Assembly: GCA_965153285.1 (NCBI GenBank)
Contig: OZ229112.1
Source of the DNA: Podarcis tiliguerta
Lineage: Eukaryota
Strand: one strand, 5' to 3'
Length of the DNA stretch: 64,000 bases
The translations under genes were made by a program, and so were the position numbers. Positions 13,231-24,509 of this stretch are shown here, in pieces (the stretch's first letter is position 1; each line of letters opens with the position of its first letter). The notes below the pieces were generated by a model. The model was not told the origin of the DNA, did not search any database, and saw only the letters and a list, made by a program, of their open reading frames with translations.

Positions 13231-15263
13231 CCACCATCCTACGGAAGCAGGTCTAGATCAGGTCAGTGCCTGGAACCAAGTATATGCTACCATGATGGGT
13301 GGGATAAATGTAGTAAAACAAAATAAATAACCACTTAACTATTGTATGCTTTCTAGTTTGCAAATCTGGAGAAACATGTTATAAAGTGCCTAAAGGTCTT
13401 ACTTTGCTTCATTATTAAAAGAGAAAGCTAGTTAGTCCACCAAAGTTTCTTTATCAAAACATACTTGTTTTCAGTTATAACTCCATTTCCCTCTAGATTT
13501 GTACTGATTTTAATATTTGTTGTAGTTTCTTTCCAAGTGTGGAAATATTGGTAGTAGATGTGTGCTGCATCAAATCTTCCTGTGGCCTCTATATGTAATT
13601 ATTCTTCAGTTTTGTGGGATGGTGTCAGTATTCCATGAATTCCCCACTATTCTAGGTTGTGAGATTTTTCAAGCTAACAGCTTCAGGATCATAGGGTAAA
13701 TGATTTAATGCCCTGTTTACAGAATACCAAGTATGCTGTCACATGTTCCTCCCTAGCCCTTCCTGACAAGGAAACATTGTTTTGGAGTATATCTGAGTAA
13801 ACAGTGAACATTTACATTATAGTCTTAAAAGTTGTCATTCATTCTACAATAGAATTGTGACCTAGGTAGTGGTAAATCAGATTTCCCCCTTCTACGAGCA
13901 CTTTAATAGGAGCTAATGGGGAATTTTCAAAGTAGATACATTTGAATAAAATAGAACACTAAATGAACCAAGGATTATTCCTCCACCCAACCTGCTGCCA
14001 GCAGAAGCAGCAGTCCTATTCCACACAGTGTCATGGTTGGATGGTGAAAACACAGATGTACAAATCAGACAAAAATATCCTATTGCCTGGAGCTGTGTAT
14101 TAATTCAGATAGCCTTCTTAGATTGATTTAAAGTAGTAAACTACTGTACTATTTAATTTCTCTTCCCCCTTCCATCCCTCCAGGGCTAAAACTTGTTTTA
14201 ACATCAACTACAGAGCAAATAAATTAGAAGCTATTTCAAATGTTGTAGCTTTTACATGTTAGTTTATTGCTTACAAAGCCCATCTGCCTGTCGTTTTAAA
14301 TACGTATAGCTGTATTTCTCTCCATTCAACTAGTAAGGAATCCAGCCTAGTTATGGGGCTGAACAGGTTGTACTTGGGCTCAATCTCAATTTAAGTAGTA
14401 TATTAAATTGTATGAGTTGGAACCAGAGTTGGGCTGCTTCCATCCATGGAGGGGAATGAAACCCAACAAAGGCTCCCAGAGCAGGAAGATAGGAAGGTCA
14501 AAGGGAGCTACAAGGGGAAGAGGTCTGCCTCAGTGGGAGAGATAGGAAGCAGGGCTCATTTAATCAGCTTTGCTGGAGGCCCAGTGCCGTTGGGCATCTC
14601 CTGCCACTGAACTGTGCCAGCTGGTCATTTTAGGAACAACTGTTTAGAAATTGGAGCCAGAGTTTTGATTTTTATGTTCCTCTTCCCTCCCTGTCCCTTT
14701 TTCTTTGCGCATCATGTTTTCCCCCCATGCCTTCTTGTTTTGATTGTATGTAAGCCCCTCTAGGAGACTTTTGGGCTGACCCCCAAGTACAAGAACTCAA
14801 AACAAAGAGTCTTGTCAATATTTGACTTTTAAGGCATATCAAGAGTTCTTTCTGGAAATGAACACTGTATTTTATTTTATTTTATTTTTATTTTATTTTA
14901 TTTTTAGCAAAGATGGTATAGATTCAATCCTGTGTTTAAAATGCAACATAGACTTACGGAATCCATAGCTTAATGTTTCTAATAATTTGAAATATTTCAA
15001 ATATCTGGAAAATATCACAAATGAAAATTCCTCTTAGTATCTCCTCCATCAAGGAAGCAGAAACAAAATTATACTTTTGCTTTCCAAACTAGGTCAAAGA
15101 CTAGAAGAATTATAATCTATTTCTGTTAACAGTATCTCTTCTATGTAAAGAATAATCAGAGCTCATTATCTTTAACTGCAATCATTCACTCAGTTATGCA
15201 CTTAAATCCCACTGAAACATGGCTGTGAGTTTGGTGCTCTAAATACACGACTTTTTAATAGCA

Positions 15264-15402
15264 TTTCCTTCATTGGAGGTTTTTAAGCAGAGGTTGGAAG
15301 CCATCTGACATGGATGTTTTAGTTGAGATTCCTGCATTGCAGGGGATTGGATTAGATGATCATCAGGGTCACTTCCAGCTGTACAGCTTTATGATCCTAT
15401 GA
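15264..15402 (+). mobile_element. CR1 LINE 3' end
   Basis: ggaggtttttaagcagaggttgg...gattagatgat...ttccagc...atgatcctatga; matches the CR1 3' ends at 28.5 kb and 58.1 kb. Confidence 0.8.
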
Positions 15403-15627
15403 ATTCTTACACTAAAAACAAAAGGTAACAAACTGAATTAGCATATTGGAAAGAAAGGGTTTATACCGTCTTCTCCCCTGATGTGTTAGTACATGCAAAG
15501 AGCTTGGAATGTGTAAAAAAACCACATTCAGAAATCTACTACCATTTTTCATGTGTAGAACAGCTCACATACACATACGTCCACTGCCCTCCAATCTTAA
15601 TTATGTACCATTTATCATTTCCAGTTA

Positions 15628-15973
15628 TCGTATTTTCCATGTATAAGACCATGTTTTTTGCTAAAAATTATTAGTCAAAAATTGGGGGTTGTTTTATAAA
15701 TAGATGGTGAATGCACAGGGGTTCGGGCTTGGGCAGCCTTGGGTTCAGGCTCAGGAGGCCTGGGCTAAGGTTCGGGCTCCAGCTTTGGGGGGTCAGGCTT
15801 GGCTTCAGGCCCAGGTTCTTTAAATATGGCAAAAACTTTGGGTGACGCCCCCCCCCGAAAGCTTAAAGTTGTTCTGTTTGATGTTTAGAATACAGTATTG
15901 ATTTATTAATTTTGGGTGAAAAAGAAATAGGTCATCTTATACATGGGGGCATCTTATACACAGAAAAATACGG
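15628..15973. mobile_element. Tc1/mariner-superfamily (Tigger/Tc2-like) non-autonomous element
   Basis: TIRs (t/c)cgtatttt(t)c..tgtataaga at both ends, TA on both flanks (15626-27, 15974-75), GC-rich interior of ttc(a/g)ggct repeats. Confidence 0.75.
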
Positions 15974-16888
15974 TATCTTTTATCTTCTGCAGCTCTTCCA
16001 GCTAAATCAGAGGCTCCTATCATGAACCAAGGTGAGCTGGTATTCTCCCCTTTTTTTATTCTCAACCTCCCACCCATAAATGTATATAAAGAAACTCTGT
16101 CCTTTGCTGTTATATGCAAGAATTCCAGTAGGGGGCAGGGAAGAAAGAAACAACAATTTTCCTGGGGTCATTATGGTGGGCTGTACAGAGATTTCCCTTC
16201 CAATCTTATGCACACCTACCTGGAAGTAAGTCTAATTTAATTTAGTGGGACTTACCTCTGAGTAAGGTTTTTGCTATGAGATACAAAGAAAGTTACAAAA
16301 GGGGGGGGGGGAGAGGAACTGATTCTCTTTTCCATTGCTGCTTTGCCAAGACAAAACTTCAACTGGATTATATGCAAAAGGGAGAGTATTTAATATACTG
16401 CTAGGCAGGCAGGCAAGCAGGCAGTCAATTTGTCCCTCCTTGTAAAATATTCATAGTACAAATAAATAGTGATAGCCTTGCAGTAGATCAAGCATTAATC
16501 AAGCTAGTATGTAAAATGGGCATGGGTTAAATAACCTTTGACCTGCAAAGACTACTGTGGAACCTGAAACTTTTTTGAATTCTCTGGGTGCTTGAAGCTT
16601 TTGTGTAATTTGTGTTTTCTTGCTCTTCAGCTTATTTTAAGCATTTTGAACTGATGTCACCTCCCACCTTGCTCAATTAGTCACATTTTCTTTGCACAAT
16701 AAACGCTGATTACTATTAAAAATGTGAAGAAAGAACGATAAGAAATTATTATTTATTTCCAACATTATTAATTACAGATTTGTTAATGTGTTGGTTTTGG
16801 AACTATCGCTGGGAAATGTTTTAGATACCAAAAGGGAAAACTAAAAACCATTCCAGAACTAAAATTAAACATAGCAAGCTGACGTGGG

Positions 16889-16890
<2 letters not shown>

Positions 16891-16921
<31 letters not shown>
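16891..16921. repeat. (AT)n microsatellite
   Basis: About 15 perfect AT units. Confidence 0.95.
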
Positions 16922-16924
<3 letters not shown>

Positions 16925-17312
16925 CCACAAAACTGTAACTGGAGGATAGCAAGAATGCAAACATAAACTTACATGCACCTGTACATATGTGTGGGGTAAA
17001 TCGTGATCGTAAGTTATGGGCTCATCCCTTGCCTACACCCAGCCTCCACAATGCCGGCATAGTAACCTACGCATAGAATCTTTGTACACACCATCTAAAT
17101 TCCTGGAAAATGAAGGGTACACACTGCATGTTTGGATTCCATACGTGTTCGCATTGTACTGGTAGCCTTCTGCTACAAACACCCACTACAAACAGCTGGT
17201 GTTACAAACATCAAATATGCATTGGTCAGGTGTCATAAGGGTGCAATTCTGAGCTCTCACCATTTACACATACAGATGTATATAGTATGACCATTGAACT
17301 GAGATATGATTA

Positions 17313-17629
17313 AAGGTAAAGGGACCGCTGACTATTAGCTCATCTCGCTTTATTGGCCGAGGGAGCCAGCGTACAGCTTCTGGGTCATGTGGCCAGCATG
17401 ACTAAGCCTCTTCTGGCATACCAGAGCAGCGCACGGAAACACTGTTTACCTTCCCACCAGAGCGGTACCTATTTATCTACTTGCACTTTGAGTGCTTTCG
17501 AACTGCTAGGTTGGCAGGAGCAGGGACTAAGCAATGGGAGCTCACCCCGTTGCGGGGATTCGAACCGCTGACCTTCTGATCAGCAAGTCCTAGGCTCTGT
17601 GGTTTAACCCGCAGCACCAAACGCGTCCC
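17313..17629 (-). mobile_element. Sauria SINE
   Basis: Same body as 2477-2849; 12-bp TSD gagatatgatta at 17301-17312 and 17630-17641. Confidence 0.93.
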
Positions 17630-18103
17630 GAGATATGATTACTGTTGGTCATAATGCAACATTTCATTATTTTTTGCATTGGACAAGAAATCTTAACTCA
17701 CATTGGATACATTTTACTTTAAATAAGAAAAGCAGTGACTTCAGTAAGAAACACACAACGTGTATTCTGACCTGGAGGAAAAAGTCATCATCCCCACATG
17801 AACAAGAACTAATACAGTTACTTTAAATTGTTAATTGCAGCATTGGAGGCTGCAGGGAGATAGTGATTATCAAGGAAAGCATTTGAATCATTGTATTTTA
17901 CCACATTTCCCAATAATTTAGTAGAAAATAAAAGCAGTAAGACCAAAAAGTAATCACAATCGCAGTCCAAAATAAAACAACTGTGCCAATATTATTCACT
18001 AGCCACATATTTCTGTGCTAGTAATTCTCACAAAAATGCATCTGCCCTTGTCTTGTTTCTTAGAGGACATCAAAGAATGGACAATAGTGGAATCAATTCA
18101 GTA

Positions 18104-18323
18104 CAGTGGTACCTCGGGTTAAGTACTTAATTTGTTCTGCAGGTCTGTTCTCAACCTGAAACTGTTCTTAACCTGAGGTACCACTTTAGCTAATGGGGCC
18201 TCCCGCTGCACTGCCGCCGCACGATTTCTGTTCTCATCCTAAAGCAAAGTTCTTAACCCGAGGTACTGTTTCTGGGTTAGTGGAGTCTGTAACCTGAAGC
18301 GTCTGTAACCCAAGGTACCACTG
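18104..18323. mobile_element. Tc1/mariner (pogo/Tigger-like) MITE
   Basis: TIR cagtggtacctcgggtt / aacccaaggtaccactg with TA on both sides; sister copy at 23546-23787. Confidence 0.88.
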
Positions 18324-20205
18324 TATATCTTTGTGAAATAACTGGAGCGCCGGGGGTGGGGGCAAGGCCATAATTTTAAAGTGGTGCCTTCACTTTCCAA
18401 GGAAATGGTGCCATATATAATTCTGAAGCTACAGCAAGTATTTCAGCCTGAAACCTAGTCAAGAGCAGACTTTTTAAAAACAGCAAATGGTTTATTAATA
18501 TGTGTACAATCCTCTGAGGCCCCACTTCCTACAATGAAACGCGTATTGTACACAACTTTCTATACCTGAGCAGTTGTTCTTTTTGCGGAGGGCATGCAAA
18601 CTAAGAATCTTTTCAACTTGCTGAATGCTCAGTGCAGAATCATGGTGCTGTTGGGCAGGATCTTGCTTAATCCTAACACTCTCTGGAACCAGCCCTTCTG
18701 TAGTAAAAAAGCATATCATTTACAGAACACACTGGGCTATTCCAGGTCAGCCCAGCTATTTCTAAGGATGTATTTATGGGTGGGTTTCGGTTTCCTCTCA
18801 CACTTAAAAAAGTCTCTAGGGGAAACTGCAAATTTGTGAAAAGCAGGCATGGCTAGTAAAGAGGCAACTAGCATATATTCTGCATTGTTTTGTTTTCATC
18901 ATGAAGACAGAATAAGGAAAAGAATAGAAATGAGTTAGAGATTGCAAGCACTTCTTGAACTAGGGGAGGTAGTTGATGGGGTGAAGGGATACGTGAAATT
19001 TCAGTTCACGTATGTACCCTGGATTGATGCAGCCTCTTTCTCACATTTCATTTGTTTTTTTAAAAGGATATTCTATTGGCTGAAGTGCAGGATTCAGTTT
19101 TGTGTGTCACCTCCCAGGGGTGTCAGGGAAATGAAAGATATGTCACACACCTGTTATATTGGCTTTTGAGACTAAGATGCTATGTTATAAACTTAAGGCA
19201 GGTGTGACATATGATGACATGCCTTTTCCTTCAGAGGCACACATGCCATTACAATTATATGACCTTTACTGTCTCCTTTGGAGACATCATGTTGATAGTA
19301 AATATAACTTGTCACAAAGTTCAGTATAAACTTTACCCAAACTTTCATTCTCTCTCCCTCTCTCTTGACTATATGTGGAATAATTCATTACAGAAGAATC
19401 TTTTGAATCATTGGTGTTATCCTGGTCTCCAAACACAAACATAATGTCTCAGATAGCAGATATCATGTTACTCTTTTGATGACTATATGTATATACTCTT
19501 CAGAGATAATTCTGTTGACAGTATACCGTATACGGCAGAAATGCTTAAAAATAATTGTTTCAGATATCTTCTGAAATAAAAGCAGCTGTGTGAAATGGTG
19601 TGCTGTTTGAGAGACAGTCAAAACTGTGGAGTTCTGGATATGGATTCTAAGTGTTCAGTTCACTGCTTATCTATGACACTCTGTGCAGCTGGACAGCTTG
19701 AAGGTCTAGTGACCTATTTTTATGCTAGTAAAATCAATGCAATGTTTCTTGTTTCAAATTAAGTTTAAAGAAACTGAAATTATTACTTCTCTTTGTCTCT
19801 ATTACATTCTGAGAGATGTAACGAAATCACCAGTTGTTTACAGAAATATGAAGGAAATAATTAAAAATCATACCCTTCGTTGTAACAATAAGCCCATGTC
19901 TCCCTGTTCTGCTTTCAAGCAAGGACTCCATCCACTATGCTACACTCAAAAATGTTTGGTAGCTACAAAAATGCATGTTATATACAGGAGTGTTTGCATC
20001 CTCTGCCCTTGCATGAACTCCACACAGCACTTAGGCTCTTGATTAAAGGCTGCTTTTGTGTTTCAGAGGCATCGCTCAGATCCATTCCCTCTTTGGGCAG
20101 AAGTCAGAACAGAAAGGTTACCTGCACACTCCTCCATGCTACACAGCTGAAAGCACCCAACAGTACGCCTCCTCCTCCTCTGAGTGTGGAGCTACTTACA
20201 CCAGG

Positions 20206-20371
20206 GACTCAGCTAGACTGGTAAAGAAAAAACTATTTACATGCGTTGTGTGTGCAATATAACATTATGCCACCAGATGGTAATGTGGAGTTCTGTTTTT
20301 CTCTACCTGTTTTCCCTGTTTAAATTTACAACGCTTTAAACTGAAACACTTTGATGTGTCTAGATCGAGCC
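20206..20371. mobile_element. Degraded PIF/Harbinger-like MITE
   Basis: Imperfect terminal inverted repeats gactcagctagac / gtctagatcgagcc; interior has a CTCF-like motif. Confidence 0.45.
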
Positions 20372-21067
20372 AAGGTTTTCAATACACCAGAGGATCAACA
20401 GTTTTATAAGCTGATCTGTAAGAGATCGCTGCACTGTTCTATTCCCTTTTTTCCTAACCCTTGACTAATTTGCCTACATTCCTGTTTATCAAATACCTTT
20501 TGTAGCCAAATTGCAACTTCAAAAATAAGATAGTAGCAAACCTAGGTTTATGTCTGAGTGTAAAAGCACCTGCCTATATCTCTTCTTCTCATTCATCAGT
20601 CATCCAGCAGTAGCCATTCCATTAGGCTACTTGAACTATTTCCATCCCAGCTGGTCATTACAAGAAGAATCAGTATATCACTTTGTTTTTTCTCACTCCT
20701 CCTCACCTGTTTTTCCCTTTGCATCGTGTCTTTTAGATTATAAGGGTTGCATTCCAAATAAGTCACTGCATGAGCAGAATGACTCCCCCCCCCCCAATAC
20801 TACAGTATTTCCTTCTCCCTTCTTTTTGGCAGAAGAACAAACAAACAAGGTGCTGCAGCTAACAGTCACTCTCTGCTGAGTAAACCTGCAAGGCATAAAT
20901 GTTTTCAAAAACCTGCTTGTATTTTTAGATCTACAATTAAAAACCTTAGACATATCTAAAAACTGCAGTGTTGGAAAATGCCCTTTGTTTTTACCCACAT
21001 GGTTCAGAAAAGAAAAGCATGTGAAACATTCTGTGTGAAATCCATGTATCACTCTGAGTAGACTTAA

Positions 21068-21422
21068 CTCTCAAGAGTCCCATGGACTGCAAAAAGATCA
21101 AATGTATCCATTCTTAAGGAAATCAGTCCTGAGTGCTCACTGGAAGGACAGATCCTGAAGCTGAGGCTCCAATACTTTGGCCACCTCATGAGAAGAGAAG
21201 ACTCCCTGGAAAAGACCCTGATGTTGGGAAAGATTGAGGGCACAAGAAGAAGGGGACGACAGAGGACAAGATGGATAGACAGGTTCTTGAAGCTACAAAC
21301 ATGAGTCTGACCAAACTGCGGGAGGCAGTGGAAGACAGGAGTGCCTGGCGTGCTCTGGTCCATGGGGTCACGAAGAGTCGGACACGACTAAACGACTAAA
21401 CAACAACAACAACAACAACAAC
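21068..21422 (+). mobile_element. Bov-B (RTE) LINE, 5'-truncated 3' end
   Basis: Bov-B 3' sequence (ctgaagctgaggctccaatactttggccacctcatg...ggggtcacgaagagtcggacacgact), (CAA)n tail, 8-bp TSD agacttaa at 21060-21067 and 21423-21430. Confidence 0.93.
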
Positions 21423-21487
21423 AGACTTAATTGCCTTAAGTCCAATGATCTGAATCTACTCTGAATTGCCTTAATGTTGGATATCAG

Positions 21488-21618
21488 CAGTGCCATTTTT
21501 TCTAGAAAAAGAGGTGGCGGAAATGAACACCTCCCTTGTTCTTTTAGAATGGCAATGGCACCCACCTGAGAGATGCTGGAACTGAGTTCCGCAGAAGTCC
21601 TGCTGAAAAAAGGCCCTG
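21488..21618. mobile_element. hAT-type MITE
   Basis: Ends cagtgccatttttt / aaaaaaggccctg; 8-bp TSD gatatca(g/c) at 21480-21487 and 21619-21626. Confidence 0.75.
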
Positions 21619-23545
21619 GATATCACCCTCTGAAACCAAACACATCTTTAGTAAGTTTTCATCGGATAGTGTTTCACTGCTGTCCCTTTCCATCAGCCTT
21701 TCTCCACAGTCCTATGCCATTATCTCCTGCCTTCCTGCTTATTTGTACCCTGGCAAAATTATCTGTAATTCTGTGAGTGTATATGTAGTGCAGCCAGAAT
21801 AATTACAGAAATTCTATCTCAGTGTTCAAAATTGCATAATACATTCTAGGCACAAAATGCACCTATCCTTTAACAAAGCTTGCTTTTTTACTTGGCTTTC
21901 AATGAAAAATGCTATATATGCCCTTAAGATACAGCTTTGTTGTTACTACTTTTTAAATTGCTAATTTAAAAAGCAAGTTGTAGGCACTTCTTGTGGAACT
22001 CTTGGTCCAAATCAACTCACACCAAAATGAAGTCTCCTTCCTCTCCCCCATTGCTATAAATGTATTTAAAGATACCCTAGCGCCTTCAGGGTTATGCAGA
22101 TAAGAAAAGTTCATAGAATCATAGAATTGTTTTAGCTTTCTCAGCATATTAGTTTTACCACATAGGAGAAAAGAATGCTAAAGGTGTTCACTTGACACAG
22201 AAAAAACCTGAAAACTACACACAATAACTTTTAAAACACTGTACAAAGAAGCAGGATAGAACCATCTGGTCCTAAATTTACTCCACATCAGCGACTGCAA
22301 GATCTTATTCCTCCTGCTCTTTGCAATGCCCAGTCCTCTTATCCACAATAAATTCATCATCAATGAGCCTCTGCATTTTATGTTAAGTAAAAATCTTTCA
22401 TGAAGTTGATTTGCAGGCAAAATTAACACATTTTGATTGACTGTAAAACCAAATATTTGATGCATCTTATGTTGTATACCTATAATTTAATATCTTTAGA
22501 GAAAATATACATTGCTATCAAACCAAACACTTTCAATGCTGCTCCACTATATCACTTTTAATGTGGAGTTCCTGTCTTCTTCTACATGGTGTATTTTAAA
22601 CAAAAATCCCACTAGGAAAAATATGTAAGGAAATTAACAAAGTTTCAGCTAGGTAGCTGATTTTACATTAGAGACACCAAACAAAGCACATAGTTAAAAC
22701 ATCTTCTAGATGAAAATCAAACATAACAGTAGAATGTATGTACATTCAAAAATAACTTATCAAAGAGAGCTTCTTATTAGCTGTCAGTTCAGAGAAACTT
22801 CAAAAGCAGTCCCTGAACATCCAATGGTATCTTTCTGACAACCTCCTTATCTCTTACAAGTTGTTATGAGAGCTGAATTAAATTGGCATGTCACAAATTG
22901 TGTTTTCTACCACTGTATATCAAAAGGATGAGATACTTCTGATCACATAAGTATTCCTTTTCAGAGAAGGTAAGTTTTGCAAAGTAAAGAAAAATCTCAA
23001 AGGGCCAGATTGTCTGCAAGTGCTGCCTTAGCTGTATATTTCTGATAAAACCAGGCACCTGTCTGTATGTACCAATACTCTGTTCAGTGGATGGGTTGCA
23101 TTTTTATATTTTAAGACTAAATTGAAAGAGCTGGATTAAGGAACTTCCTTGGGATTAATCCTTTAATGTGATAGATCACCTTGCCTTTGATGACACCTGT
23201 TTGTGAATTTATTTAATGTGAATTCCCCTTTTATTAAAAGGACTCCAAAGGTATAGATCACAAAGTGTAAGTTATCCTATGCATATTTAGATATTTTTTC
23301 CACAGAATCCGTGGAAATGAAAAGTCACAAGTCTTGCAATATGTTATAATCTTACATATTCTTATGGCATAAACTTCAATCACATTTTAAAAGATCAACC
23401 AGAATATCCTATAAATAAAAGACTAATGATGAGACATAGAACCATATATAGTTCATGAGTTCTAACTTTATAAGATCCACTGTGTGGTATGAGAACTTGC
23501 TGGCATGTAAAACACGTATTACGAGACCATAAATAGAGGTATATA

Positions 23546-23787
23546 CAGTGGTACCTCAGGTTAAGTACTTAATTCGTTCCAGAGGTCCGTTCTTAACCTG
23601 AAACTGTTCTTAACCTGAAGCACCACTTTAGCTAATGGGGCCTCCTGCTGCTGCCGAGCCGCCGGAGCATGATTTCTGTTCTCATCCTGAAGCAAAGTTC
23701 TTAACCTGAGGTAAAATTTATGGGTTAGCGGAGTATATAACCTGAAGCGTATGTAACCTGAAGTGTATGTAACCCGAGGTACCACTG
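23546..23787. mobile_element. Tc1/mariner (pogo/Tigger-like) MITE
   Basis: TIR cagtggtacctcaggtt / aacccgaggtaccactg, TA TSD; colinear with 18104-18323. Confidence 0.88.
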
Positions 23788-23985
23788 TACCTAGAATATA
23801 TAGTTGTGTTTTTGTTTCCAATATGTGCAGTAATCTTTGTGTGTGTGTGTGTGTGTGGTGAAGCTAGAAATATGGTGCTTAAAGCTTAATCCGTTGCTTG
23901 TTGGCTGTTTTTTTCTGCTCCACCCCAATTTCCCGTCACTGCCACAGTGGTCCAGTTGAAACTTGCAAATGTAAATATCTGCACC

Positions 23986-24509
23986 CAGAGGTGTAGCAAG
24001 CCCAGGTGGTATCCGGTGCGGATTTTTTTTTGTCACCCCTCCCCCCACATCAACAGCTCGGAGTAGGCTTGGGAGTCGCGGGCGGGCGCAGCATGTCCGC
24101 CCCTCCTTCCTATGCCTCTGCGCCCCCACCCCCACAACTCCCAAGTACCCCGAGCAAGAGCCGCTTATGGCGAGCTGGGGAGGAGGGATCCTACTGCTGT
24201 CCATATGGCACTCCAGCGGCACCGGTGGCAAACCGCTATGTACAGCGCATGTGCGGCGTCGCTACGCACAGTGCATGCGTGCAACACTGCGCATGCGTTG
24301 TACATAGCAGTTTGCCGCCGGCACTGCCCAAGAGTGTACGGACGGTGGCGGGATCCTCTGCTTGCAGCTGCAGCGGCGCAATGGCTGCTCACGCCGCCAG
24401 ACCCGGGCCAGGGCGGCAGGCTAAACACCCCACGGGGTGCCTTCTTGTCACCCTCCCAGACGTGGAACCTGGGGCATCCCACCCCCACCCCCACCTTGCG
24501 ATGCCACTG
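23986..24509. mobile_element. Non-autonomous hAT element, GC/CpG-rich, with long internal palindrome
   Basis: Imperfect TIR cagaggtgtagcaag / cttgcgatgccactg; perfect 8-bp TSD tctgcacc at 23978-23985 and 24510-24517. Confidence 0.85.
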
